DNA from: Eledone cirrhosa
Taxonomy: Eukaryota
Assembly: GCA_964016885.1 (NCBI GenBank)
Contig: CAXHJY010001404.1
Location: forward strand, 62,001-126,000
Direction of reading: 5' to 3'
DNA: 64,000 nt
The position numbers were made by a program, and so were the translations under genes. The notes under the pieces are model-generated. The model saw only the letters and a program-made list of their open reading frames with translations. It did no database searches and had not been told where the DNA came from. Shown one piece after another: positions 25,447 through 38,745 of the stretch (within the stretch, counting starts at the first letter, position 1; each line of letters starts with the position of its first letter).

Positions 25447-26269
25447 CATACACCTGCATTTATGTGTGTGTGTGCACCTTTGTTCAACTGTGTACAACCA
25501 TTTATTTGTGTGTGTACGCAAATCATTGGGTAGAGACTACCCAGACTTCACCTTCAGCCTGCCATTGCTCAAACTCTCCACCAATTCTCAAAAGAACATG
25601 AGGGTTGACATTGTAACAACTGTATTGTATAGCTGCTATAGTGTAATGAGTTCTAACTAGAGCATTCTAGATGCTAAATCCTCACTCTTGGTCAGTGTTT
25701 GACCCCATAATGCAGCTTCGTTAAAAGAGACAATCTATAGAAAGATGTGCTGCATGAATGGAAATGGCACCAAAACATGTTCTTCATTGTCATTGACCAG
25801 AAATATCTGCAGATGTCTGTCTCAGGACATGTCTGAACAGCATCAAAATCGGTAGAGTGTCTAACAAAAAACGTTGTAGTATTTCATTACAGAGGCAGGG
25901 AGTTAGCTGAGTCGTTATAACGTCAGATAGAATGCTTTGCAGTATTCATTCCAGTTCAATGGGGCTCCTCCAGGTTTAAAATGTTCAAGATACACTGTAT
26001 TTCACTACAACACCTCTACAACTCCAATATTAGTTACAAGTCCATACATAAGAGTCTGTGGAATGCTCAGCCACTCGCATATTAATTTAATGAATAGGCT
26101 GTTACCATTGATTAAATAACTGGGACATTTGTTGGAACCGACAGAGGTCCACTATAGTGGGTGAAAATGTGTGTGTGTGTATTAAATTGGTGAATTTTTG
26201 GAGTGTACTAATTTGAATGATTCGTCATCATGTTTTGAAGTTTTAAATCAAGGTAGTGGCAAGGGTGTT

Positions 26270-27154
26270 GGTGTTAGTGGTAGTAATATAGCTTGTTGTG
26301 GTGATGGTGGTGGTAGTAATAGTTTGTTGTGTTGGTGGTAGTAATAGTTTGTTGTTGTGTTGGTAGTAATAGATTGTCATTGTGTTGGTGGTAGTAATAG
26401 AGTTTGTTGTGTTGAAAGGTTGTTTTGTTGGTAGTCATGGTAATATTGCAGGTGTTTCTTGGTGGTGGTTGTGTTGTGTTGCATTCTGTTGCTAATCCCA
26501 TTTGCTATGTAATCTTTGCTAATCTGATGCAACTGACTCTACTGTGTTGCTATGTTTCATTGTGTTGATCTCCCTCTCTCTGTGTCAATGGTATACCTCT
26601 CTTTCACTTTCTCTCTCTTTCTCATTGCTACATTTCTTTCTCTCCATCAATGGTATACCTCTCCTCTTTCTCTCTCATTGGTACACACACACTCTCTCTC
26701 TGTCATTGGTTCTCTCTTTCTCTCTTTCACATTGTTGTTGCTTTGTATATTTGTATATGTATGTTTGTTTATTTATTTTCTAACTGGTGCACATTTAATG
26801 TATGTGCCTGCACTTTAAGTGTATGAGTGTGTTTATATATATGAATGCAAACATGTTTGTATATATGTGTTCATGTATGTACATCTATGTGTTTGTGTGT
26901 ACCTGTGTGTATATGTGCACGTGTATGTTTATATATATGAATACATGTATATTTGTATGTGTGTGCATATATCCATGTATACTTCTGTGTGTGTTTGCAT
27001 TTTTGTATATCTGTGTTTGTGTGTATGCATGTGTATTCATATTTGAATGTATGTGCCTGCAGTTTTGAGTGTGTTTGTGTGCATATGTGAATGTGCATCT
27101 GTATATGTGTGTTTGTATGAATGTACATGTTTGTGTGCATTCTTGTATGTGCAA

Positions 27155-27186
<32 letters not shown>

Positions 27187-27720
27187 TTTCTGTCTCATCC
27201 TTGTGTTTTAATCTGTTGACATACCGACTTAGATGCATCAATGAATCAATACAGCACAAAGGAATCTCCATCTCTGTCTGTAGGTCGGTCTGTCTGTCTG
27301 TTTGTCTGTGTGTCTGCCTGTCTATCCATCTACCTGTTTGTCAGTCTGTATGTCTGCCTGCCTATGTATCTGTCTGTCTGTCTATCAATGATGATGGGTG
27401 CCGATGCAGCAGCAGCAGCAAAATAGGGGTGAAGAGGGGGCAAGGTACCGATGCAGCAGCAGCAGAAAAGTGGGGAGGTGCAGGAGGTGATGATATAGCT
27501 GTGGTGTAGTAGGGGGAGATGCCAATATAGCAGATGTGTAGTTGGGGGGGGGGGGGGGGTAGGAGGGGGTGCCAGTTTAGCAGTGTTCCAGTTAGGGTGC
27601 CGATACAGTAATGGTGTGGTTGGGGAGAGTGGTGTAGTTGGGGTGCCTCTACATCAGTGGTGTAGTGTGTGTGTGTGGGGGGGGGTGATGCAGCAGTAGA
27701 GTAGTGCTGAAGAGTGTCTG
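26270..27720. repeat. Patchwork of simple repeats ((GTT/GTA)n, (CT)n, (GT/AT)n, (CTGT)n, G-runs)
   Basis: Direct inspection. Confidence 0.8.
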
Positions 27721-28419
27721 TTAAATTTGATTCTATATCAGCTGTCAATTCCGTAATTGTCGTCATCTTTACCGTAATCCTCCCCATCCACCCATCCTCC
27801 ACCCATGCACTTAACACATACACACTGTTGCATACTTCATAGCCTCATTATAATCATGATCATCATGTTTTATAACATTGCTACTGCCCTCATTTTGTAT
27901 TCTGTGGTCATGTGTGGGAATTATATTGCTTCTACATAGACACACACACACACAGCAAAGCGCCCCTGAAATATGTGAAACAATGAACAAAATCTTCCAA
28001 CTTCTTCATCAGCCACCCCCTGGATAAGGTAATTTTGTGCATATAAGGGTGGTATTGCATAATAATGATCCCAGGTTGCATGAGGAATTAGAATAAGCCA
28101 CTGGAAATATACATATGAGACAGCACAACAAGAGTTGGACATGTCATCACAAACTTGTCAGCACTCAAGCAGAGCTCTTTCTGACCTCCATGTTGGCCAG
28201 AGCCCCCCCCCCCCCAACATGTGATCCTACATTCTACTAAGTGCATTTTATTATGACACCAACACTAGGGAAGTTCTCATGTCCTTTGATGTAGCTGAAG
28301 AGTCTTTCTGACCTTTTGTTTAGCAGGTTTTCTATTACTGGAAGCCCTTTCTATCACCAACCATTTTACAGAGTGTACTGAGTGTGTTTATACATATATA
28401 ATCCAACCCTTGCTAGCAT

Positions 28420-30615
28420 CATCATTTTTACATCTGTGTTTTTCACATTCACATGAGTTTGATGGGTCCTTATTAGCACAACATCTCTCCCATTGCTGCC
28501 TTCCGTCATCATCCCCCTCTGAGTCTCAGCAATTTGAGATCAGCCCTCACTACCTCCGCTTAGGTCTACCTTGGGTTACTTTAACCATGGCTTCCTTCCA
28601 CTGGGATTTACTGGCACTTCTTCACCCAGCGATCATCATTCATGCGCATCACATATCTATACCAATGCAGTCTTCTCTCTTACACACTGCTTCGGATGCC
28701 TCTTAAACCCAGTTTCTCCTTGAGTTCATCCAAGATCTGCCTTTCTCTCACACTTACATTGCACATCCAACGAAGCATTGTTGCTTCATTTCTCTCAACC
28801 ATATGCATGTCCTCTGCAATCACTGCCCGTGTATCACTATCATGCAGTATTGCATATTGCATACAAGAGTCATAATCATTTTGTATGTAGGGAGAAAACT
28901 TTTGTCAACAGTGGGAGTAGCTCTCTAAACTTCTTCCATCCTATCCTTATTCTAGCTATTAATCTCTTGGAGCACCCTCCTCTGTTGTTAATTAGGTCAC
29001 CTCGATAGCATAAGCTATCAACCACATCTATGGATCCTTCATCTGTTTGGAAAAGGTTTATATCACTGACACTCTTTCCAATGATTATCCTTGTGTGTCT
29101 TCTACATACAAAGTATTCCTTTCCTGTTAGTCTACCTGTTATCTCACTACATCTCTTGCGTACCCAAGATTTACATTGTGTACATGGTATAGAGTTTATG
29201 CCTATTCCTTTTTTGGGGTCCTATCTTATTTCCAACTTACTAGCGCTTTAGTTTTAACTAAGTTTGCTTCCAGTTCTTTTAATTCCAAATTCTGTTTCCA
29301 AAGTCAGAACTTATTCTCTAGTTCTTTTATGGATTCAGCTATAAGGACTTGATCATCCACCTTGAGAAGTTCCCATAGACACCCAGTGTTAAACTCCTCT
29401 GTTATAGCTTGGAGGACTATGATGAACAGCAGTGGGCTGAGAACTGATTCCTGATGAATTCTTACATGCACCTTCAATTTCTCACTAAACTTACTTCCTA
29501 CTCTCACTTTACTGACAGCTCCTCTGTACATGGCATGCACTGCTTTCAAGCCATCCTTCTCCACCTAATTTTCTTGAGGATCACCAGATAACAGAATAAG
29601 GTACTCTGTCAAAGGCTTCTTCTAGTTCAACAAAAGCTAAATATACTGGCTTATTCTTGGCTAGGAACTTCTCTTGTAGTTGCCTCACAAGAAAGAGGAC
29701 ATCTGTAGTACTTTTCCCAGGCATGAAACCAAACTGCATCTATCTAATTTGACTCTTTCCCTAATTTGCTGTGCTATAACTCTTTCTGTCACTTTCATAA
29801 CTTGGTCCATTAGTGTAGTTGCTCCTTTCTAGAGCATCACCTTTACCCTTGGAGCAATTTATGATTGTACTGCTGTATCAGTTGTTGGGTATGACTCAGT
29901 CCTGTATTACCTGATTGTCTATGCAGGTTACTAATTCAACTCCTACTTCTCTCAATACTTTTAGCACCTCAGCTACTATCTCTGATGGTCCTGCAGTTTT
30001 ACCATTCTTCATTGTTTTTATTGCTTCTGTGACTCTATAACTATCAATTTCAAGAACTGGTTCCTCTGTTGGGTAAGTTGGGGGTAGTCACTCTTTGTCT
30101 CATTCATTCTCTACATTCATCAGCCTCTTAATAGTAACGTTTTCAGGTCGCTTTCTTTTGAGCATCTGGTGCTAAGTGTCATCTCTAATACACTTTTCCC
30201 TAACAATATCCCAATTCACACAGACACACTGCCTTGCAATGTGGAACACTTCATGTCTGATCCTCACGTTTCAAAACATTGTCAAAATGTTTTTCTTCAG
30301 CTTTTTTCCGAGGTGCGTATACCTGTCGTTTTGCTTCTCTCTTAGCTACCTGGTATTGGTCTCTGCTATCCACATTTTCCCAGTCTTTCCACACCTGTCT
30401 CTTGGTTTTAATGGCTCTATTCACTGTACTGTCCCACCACCAGGTTACCCTTTGTCTGTCTGGTGCTTTGCCCCAGCCACAAGTGTCATCAGTTGTTCTT
30501 TATGTCATCAAATTATTATCTAACTTGTCTCCCCTCTCATCAAATGCATCCCATTGGGCCTTTCTAAACCTATATTTACAGAAAGGTCATTTAGCTTCCA
30601 AAATGTCCATCGCTA
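28420..30615 (-). mobile_element. RTE LINE, decayed (pre-RT linker, RT and C-terminus)
   Basis: ORFs 29304-29564 (VLSPLLFIIVLQAITEEF) and 28680-28862 (ERNEATMLRWMCN); (GAT)n tail near 28420. Confidence 0.85.
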
Positions 30616-30622
30616 TATTTTC

Positions 30623-31117
30623 CATCATCATCATTGTTTTTAAATGTTTTGCACGCTTACATGGACAGGTCCTTTACAGCATCTCTCTACTTGCCACGTT
30701 CCTTCATCATCTCCTGTGTGAGTCTCAGCGATTTGGGGTCAGCTCCCACCACCTCTGCCCAGGTCTTTCTTGGTCTACCTCTACTGCGGCTTCCTTCCAC
30801 TGGGATTTCCTGGAACTTCTTCGCCTATTGATCATCGTCCATGTGCATCACATGCCCATACAAATGCAGTCTTCTCTTTTGTTAAATCGAGCTTCTCCCT
30901 CAGCTCATCCAAGCTCTACCTTTCTCTCACACTTATATTGTACAACCAACAAAACATAGTTTCTTCATTTCTCTCCAGTCTACACATGTCCTCTGCTGTC
31001 ACAACCCATGTTTCACTACCATGCAGCATTGTACTTTGCACGCACGCGTCATACAGTCGTTCTTTTGTACGTAGGGAGAAACCTTTCGTAGGCAACAATG
31101 GGAATAGCTCTCTAAAC
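30623..31117 (-). mobile_element. RTE LINE 3' fragment
   Basis: ORF 30916-31098 KGFSLR..LYDACV..LHGSETW; tail at 30623. Confidence 0.8.
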
Positions 31118-31176
31118 TTATATATATATATATCAAAATGAAAATCTGAAGGAAAGGTAAAATTCCAATCATTTAA

Positions 31177-31250
31177 TCACGACACATGTTTCAATAAGAG
31201 ATAGATCGATTGTGAAGCCATGATCGATTATCACTGATCTCATCAGGTGA
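31177..31250 (-). ncRNA. Type I minimal hammerhead ribozyme, Penelope-like element type, with extended stem II
   Basis: Minus strand reads tcac-CTGATGA-[47 nt]-GAAAC-ATGT-GTC-gtga: both core boxes, stem I tcac/gtga, short palindromic stem III, GUC cleavage triplet. Confidence 0.65.
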
Positions 31251-31768
31251 AAATGAATTGTCTTCAAATTCTTGATATGAGGGAGAAAAAAATAACGATG
31301 TTCTCTCACAGAATTCATTCCCTCATATGGAGACACACCAGTCAGTCAGAGACATGGCGACTGCTATTAGCTTTAGTTGAGGTCATAAAAGTTTTCAGAT
31401 TTTTATCGCTGCAAAAGACGCTGGACATCAATCAAATCTGTAGGGATACAGTCAGTCACAGTTAAAAGTGAGTGGGTACACACACACTCCACACCCACAT
31501 ACATCGGCTCGAGGTCAAAGAAAAATATATACATATATATACACACATCAACACAGTATTAAACCCGTAGAATTAGCGTGGGTGGGTACACACACACTTT
31601 CACACACACCGAAGCGATGTCCGAGAAAAAAAAAAAATATAATAAAACAAATATAAGAATGTACCAACACAGCACTCATCGAAAGTTAGTTCACAAAGCA
31701 ACAGCAGCTATGTCGGTCAAATCTCAATTTGACGATGTAAATTGGAAATATTGGGTTAACCAATGCCC

Positions 31769-31808
<40 letters not shown>

Positions 31809-32292
31809 CAAGTAAGTTCAGTTCAGTGTTCTGCTATACGTGTATAGATCGAATTGTAACATCCATATCTTCAAGTGTATGTTATGGTATATACACATCC
31901 AAATCGTCCAAAAAAAGGGGGGGGGGGTGTATGTCCGGGTATATACACATCCATGTGAAGAGCAAGCAATCAGCTCATGTCGAACTCCTTGTGTACCGCT
32001 GTCCCGTTGAGAATCCGTGTCACCAAATCCGTGCGTGCAAGCAACTGCAATGTGGGCCGGTAAAGGGCTCCGTGTAGGGTTGGGTATTGGGTAAATGCAT
32101 CCGCAAGTGCGATTTCCCGTCACATGGGCCAATGAGCTTTTCCATTTTGATACTTATACTCCATTTTACATCATCTAGCTGTTCCCTCGAATGGAATTGG
32201 AGATATACAAAAGCATGGAGAACTTAATATTGCTAACATAAAGTTATTGGACCATTTTACACAACCAATAATGCACCTTACTATATAACAAC

Positions 32293-32334
<42 letters not shown>

Positions 32335-32359
32335 TTTCAATCTCACCAGAAAGAGAGAT

Positions 32360-34170
32360 AGAATGATGGTCGTAAACACAAAGTCCCTTTGGGTGAGAAA
32401 TGTACCTCTCAGCATAACCTGGAAGTTAGTGACTTACTAATTAGAACTAGACGAACTCAGGGAGCGAAGGCAGCCTGGAATGGAACACTATGGAAATTGA
32501 AGTAGCCCTCAGCCTGTGACAAATTTAAGGATATCTTACGTGACTCTTTTGACAATAAGGTAGAAGAAATAGTGACAGGATATAGAGGAGCAGTGGGAGT
32601 TCCTGAGAGATAATCTACTAAAGGCTACAATGAAGTATGTGGCTGGAGCAGGTGTCCAGTGTGCAGGAGATTGAACTGGTGGTGGAATAGTAGGGTGGAT
32701 GAAATAATTAAGGCCAAGAGGCAGGCATGGAAAGAATAGCATAATAGGTGTAGCAGAGAGCTTTATCAAGTGGTAAGGAGAGAAGCAAGGTGACAAGTAT
32801 ACTTTGTAAGGAGGGAAGTGGAAAGTAAAAAATGTATGCATGCTGTGCAATGTGATGACCAAAGACGTGGTGTTTTCCAGTATTCAGGGAAAATAGTGAT
32901 GTTGTGGGAGAGAAGTGTGTTTGTGATGACAATGGTGCACTTGCCCTCACTGAAACTGAACAGAAGGCAGCATGGAAGCGACATATGAAAGACTGGTGAA
33001 TGGGGAAAATGTCTGAGAAGAAAATTACCTGCCCCAGGTGGACCCTACAGAAGACCAGCTGTATAAGTTAGTAGCAGTGTAGTAAAGAACGGCAATTAAA
33101 AACATGAAAAGAGGCAAAGCAGCAGGGCCATCAGGAATAGTTGCTGAGATGCTGAAAGCACCTGGGATGGTAGAACACACCATAACCACCCATATAGTTA
33201 ACCAAGTAATACAAAATGGTGCTATACCTGATGACTGGCGTAGCAGCAGCATCATCAACTGCTACAAGGGCAAAGGTAATGTGCTAGATAGCGGGAACTA
33301 TAGTGGCATCAAAGTGATGGACCAGGTCATGAAAGTTACAGAAAGAATCATTGTACAACTGATTAGGTGATATGCAGTTCGGATTTGTGTCAGGAAAAAG
33401 TACCACAGATGCCCTCTTCCTTGTAAGACAACTGCAAGAGAAGTATCTAGCTAAAAGCAAAACCACTCTACTTAGCATTTGTCGACTTAGAGAAAGCTTT
33501 TGACAAGGTTCCCCATTCTGTAATCTGGTGGACACTTGGGAAGCTAGGAGTAGAAGTGTGGCTAGTGAGGCTGGTACAAACCATGTACAGAGGTGCTGTC
33601 AGTAAGGTTAAAGTTAATAATAACTATAGCAAGAAGATTAGTGTGCAAGTTGGAGTCCACCAAGGTTCCATCCTTAGCCCTCTCTTGTTTGTTATTGTCC
33701 TCCAGACTACAACAGAAGTGTTTAAAACAGGATTCCCTTGGGAACTCCTGTATGTTGATGATCTAACTCTCATAGTTGAATTTGTGACAGAACTAGAGAA
33801 AAAATTCCTGATCTGGAAGCATAACCTGGAATCAAAAGGTCTTAAAAGCAACTTGGCAAAGACCAAATTTTTCATAAGTAGTAAGAAAAATAAGGCCCTG
33901 ATCCCTTCTGGGAAATGGCCTTCTTCAGTGTGTAGGAAAGGGGTAGTTAGAAATTTCATCCTGTCTCAAATGCTAACTATGGGTACACAAGAGATGTACT
34001 GGGATCTCAGCTAGGTTAGCTAAGAACGTAGGTTTTACTTGTAGCCTTTGCACAAGAGCAGTAAGTAGCAAACACTCATAGGAAACAAGTACTATCAAAT
34101 TCTTGGAAGGTTCCATAGAAGCAGTTGATAGGAAAAATGGACGTTATATAGTGATAAGAATGATGATTAT
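32360..34170 (+). mobile_element. RTE LINE, decayed, internally deleted before the tail
   Basis: ORFs 33104-33370 (GKAAGPSGIVAEML) and 33556-34014 (GVHQGSILSP, LLYVDD). Confidence 0.88.
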
Positions 34171-34189
34171 ATATATACCTTTTACATAT

Positions 34190-35605
34190 ATCATCACCAT
34201 TTTACGCCCATTCTTCCATGCTAGCATGGGTTAGACGGGTTGTCTATATGCTTCAGCTTCGGCTTGTTCCTGTGGTAAGTCGGGTCTTCTGTATTACTGC
34301 ATGACACCAGAGGTCACGGTCTTGTTTCATCGCCTTTGAGAGGTGTAATTGGGTAATCACTTCATCCTGGGTCTCCCCACTCCACGGCTTCCATCAACTT
34401 TTAGTGCTCTGCACCTTTTTATGCAGCTGTCATCCTTCATACGCATCACATGTCCATACCATCGCATCCTCCTCTCCTGCACACAGCATTTGATTCCTCT
34501 TATGCTCAGTCTCTCTCTCAGATCGCTTATGCTTTGCCGTTCGTGTATATTACTATTACACATCCATCGGAACATGCAGGCTTCGTTTCTTTCTAATCTA
34601 TGCAAGTCTTCTACACTCAGTGCCCAGGTCTCGTGTAACATTGTTGTTCGTATGCATGCATCATACAGTCTGCCTTTCATTTTGAGGGAAAAGCCATTTG
34701 CAGCTAGCAGTGGTAGTAGCTCCTTGAACTTCTTCCATCCCGTTCTTACCCTGGTTACTGTACTTTCAGAACACCCACCTCTGCTGCTAATCTGGTCACC
34801 TAGGTAGCTGAAGCTGTCTACTGTTTCTACAGAGCCCTCCCAGAGTTTGGTAGTGCTTGTTTCCTGTGGCTGTTTGTTGCTTACTGTCCCAGTGCAGCTG
34901 CTACATGTAAAGCCTACATTCCTAACTAAGCTTCCTGAAATGCCACTACATCTCTTGTTTGCCCATAGTTTGCATTTGGGGCAGAGGATGGAATTCCTAC
35001 ATACTGAGCAAGGCCATTTCCCTGAGGAGGTCTGGGTTCTGTTTTCTCGTCTACTTACGAGGACCTTAGTCTTTGTCAGGTTGATTTTGAAACTCCTTCT
35101 TTCTTGTCCTTGCTTCCATGTTTGGAATTTCTTCTTTAGTTCCGCCATAGATTCAGCTATAAGTGTAAGATTATCTGCATACAGAAGTTCCCATGGGCAT
35201 CCGGTCTTATACTCCTCTGTTATAGCCTGCAATACTATAATAAACAGGAGAGGAGTAAGAACAGAGCCCTGGTGGACACCGACCTGTATGCTAAATTCCT
35301 CACTATAGTCATTGTTAAACCTAACTTTGCTGACTGCATCCCTATACATGGCTTGTACAGCTTTCACAAGTCATTCATCTACTCCTAGTTGTCTAAGAGC
35401 CTACCAGATTATAGCACGGGGCACTCTGTCGAAGGCTTTTTCTAGATCGACAAATGCCTGAGCGGCTTACTTTTAGCTAGACTTTTCCTGAAACTGCCTC
35501 ACAGGGAAGAGAGCTTCAGTGGTGCTTTTTCCTGGCACAAACCCAAACTGCATCTCATCTAGTTTTACCCTGTCCCTAATCAACTGTGCTATAACTCTTT
35601 CCGTT
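34190..35605 (-). mobile_element. RTE LINE, 5'-truncated, with PHD-like insert
   Basis: ORF 34357-35367 (336 aa) GVHQGSVL, LLYADN, WPCSVC..CPKC, RMRWYGHV. Confidence 0.92.
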
Positions 35606-36049
35606 ATATATATATATTTTTTTTTTTTTTTCGCCCTCTGAAACGATTATAGAATAGTGGGTTAATTAACTACTACACCTTGTCTCCAACATGGTTAACT
35701 AAACACATTCCAAAAAAACCTTTTTCTGTTGCTTTCTCTTCTTACTCACATCTATCTATCTATTTCTTCTTTTATTTCTGATGAATAACTAATATCCGAA
35801 ACGTTAAGACTATTTTCCTACTATATCTAGTGTTAACAATGTAGAATAGAGTAATTTCAGTAAATGAAGAGGTCAAGTCAATCTTTGTTATACTAGTGCC
35901 ATGATAATATGTGCCCAGTATATTCTGTAAAGTGTCTGTGGTTACAAAGGGCATCATAATTGTAAAAAATGGAACTTATGGGTAAGATATGATCCTGCAG
36001 CCTGTCCAAAAGCACAATAATTTCAAATAAGAGTCAGAGTATGACAATC

Positions 36050-36420
36050 CATTCAACATTTAGCAGCTTGGAAAGTAGGTGTAAAATGATGAGTATATGG
36101 TTTCAGTATGGTTGGCAGGACATGTATACCACATGAACAAAAACTGCCCATTTTTTGTGACCTTAAAACCAAAACGATTCTCAGGAAAGACTTTGGAAGC
36201 ACTACTCGTACTCTCTGAAAGAAAATCTGAAAAGTTGCGAAATGCAGCATGATGCTTGGAAACTTGCAGCTCAAGACGCAGATTCCTATGGAGGTCTCTT
36301 GTATGCTCCATAGTCAATGGTTACGAAATAGAGTGCATAGAGCAATAGAAGAGGAAAAAGGAAAAGAGGAAAACTGCAACCTCTAACTCTCAAATTGGCC
36401 TTTATCCCAGCATTTCATAC
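36050..36420 (+). mobile_element. Old RTE (BovB-like) 3' fragment
   Basis: Patchy translation W-AGHVY-M..KLP...LKENLKSCEMQHDAW.LAAQ..FLWRSLV. Confidence 0.5.
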
Positions 36421-37309
36421 CTTTATTGCCTTAGGTTATTCAAAGCAAAAATTTACTTAACAAGCCATCTTCGCGCACACAGATAAAACTCCATTACTTT
36501 TATCACTCTTGTTTTCATTTTATGTGCATGAGGTCATGCTAATCTTTAGTAATGAAGGTGGAACACTCATATAGTTAAGATATAAAACTCCTAGTATTGG
36601 TCAAAGCCTTGCGGCTTAAAGATATTATGGAAACCAGGAGAGGGTTGGCTGTACACACAAGGGAGGGAAGGTAATCAATACTGGAGGTAGGTATTGAGGA
36701 TACTGGGGTTGGTAGTGGCTTAGTGGACCATTAGAGTGGGCTCAGTTGACAATCTGGGACAATATGATGGTCAAAAGCAGATGAGTAATGGATACTAGAT
36801 ACTTAGGAGAGGTCATAATTGATATTTATTTGTATTTTGCCAGGTAGACTGTCATGATAGTCATTGAGTGTCCAACACTGTGGACAAATATCAAAGGAAG
36901 ACTGTCGCTATCTTCAGATTTATCCAACTAAGAGTACCTGGGATGGGCCCCTTTCCATGCTTATGGATCCCTGTGTAAACCATTGAAATACCAGGTTGAC
37001 TTCAGATGGAGTGGAGTGTGTGAGGGATTATGTTTCACAGGCATGGTGATGGGCTGTTTAGCCTTGGTTGGTGGTGAACAAATGTACCTACCAGATATGT
37101 GACACTGTGATGCACATATTTCTATGAATCCTTTTCAAAAATGTAGATGTCATAATTAATTGCTCCTGGCAGCTATGCTTAACCCTTTTGATACCAACCT
37201 GCCCCAAACCACCCCAGTTCTATTATGACAAGCCTCGTGTTTTAAAGTCTTCCAAAAATAATGTTATGGGAGAACATTTTTATTAAGTTATGAATTAAAT
37301 AGCTTTTTA

Positions 37310-37645
37310 ATGGTTTTTGATTTAGGCACAAGGCCAACTCTTTTGTGGGAGGGAAAGTCGATTAGATCAATCCCAGTTCGTTTCTGGTACTTTATTTTAT
37401 CAACCCTCTAAGGATGAAAGACAAAGTTAACCTTGGCTTTTCATATCAGCCAATGGTTTGAGAGGAAGGAAAAGTTGATTAAATTGACCCCAGTACTTGA
37501 CTGGCAGTTTATTTTATCAATTTTGTAAGGATGATAGGCAAAGTTGACCATGGTAGATTTAAACTCAGAATGTAAAGAGCTGTAATTATATACTGCAAAG
37601 GACTTTGTTCGATGCTCTATCGATATTGGTGAGTTAGTTATTCTC
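37310..37645 (-). mobile_element. Two Meta-domain SINE copies nested in a TTAA MITE
   Basis: ggcacaaggcc..ctggtactttattttatc..aggatgaaag motifs. Confidence 0.7.
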
Positions 37646-38139
37646 CTAAATCCCTTCAAAATGTTGATTATTCACTAAATTTATTGAAAAACTTAGGTGG
37701 TATATGTTCATTAGAAATATGTCAATGAAAGGGCGACCTCTATTGTTTGATTCAGTCTCTGCTTCATTAGGCTGCAACCATGGAACTTGTTCACCTTAGT
37801 GTGGTATTTATTGCAAGATCATGAGCTCTGGGGAGGAGTTGTAGGCTCAGTCTTGGCTAGAATGAATGATTTATTAGGGTAATTAGTAAATGTTGTTAAC
37901 TAATATTTCATTATAAATATACTGGAATATCTCTTTGTCTCAAGTTGTTTTTATGAAGACATTCAGTCTTATGAGCGATGGGGGAAAATATTTTTTCAAT
38001 TGGACTTCTTCTCTTTTTCATCATTGCCTATCTGTCTGTCTCTTGCCCTCTCTCTTTCTACCCCCCCCCCCTCTCATGCTTTGAATTTCTTTCACTGATT
38101 CTTTCTCACGGACTCTCACTGTGTGAGTCACAGTTTTAC

Positions 38140-38283
38140 AGGCACAAGCACACACACACACACATACACACACAACTTTACAGAAACATGCACAGCCAGT
38201 CTTACTCAGACACTTGTAAACACACACACATTCACACTGGCCTTCTAAACAGCTGTATCATGGCCAGAGACATGAATAAGTAT

Positions 38284-38327
<44 letters not shown>

Positions 38328-38620
38328 TAAAATACTCATACATGGATACAAGCATTATCACTCTCACACAATAACCACCATCTCATTTGTCTCAACACCT
38401 AGTCACACATTCTGAAACCCATAGCAAAGCATGCTCATAATTCAACACACACATGCACGCATACATATGCTGTCTGTCTGTTTCTCACACACATGCACTT
38501 TTCCTTAATATACACACATACATACAATCTCTCTCTCCCTCACACACACATACAGTCTCACTATACACCCACACATTGTGTATGTATAAACACTTTCAAT
38601 ACTATTATTCCCTCTACACC

Positions 38621-38659
<39 letters not shown>

Positions 38660-38670
38660 ATAATGCTCTT

Positions 38671-38745
<75 letters not shown>

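Noticed and set aside
36830-37140. Possible exon after tattttgccag
   Set aside because: No sustained open frame or TLK similarity seen; more likely an old TE relic that I could not classify
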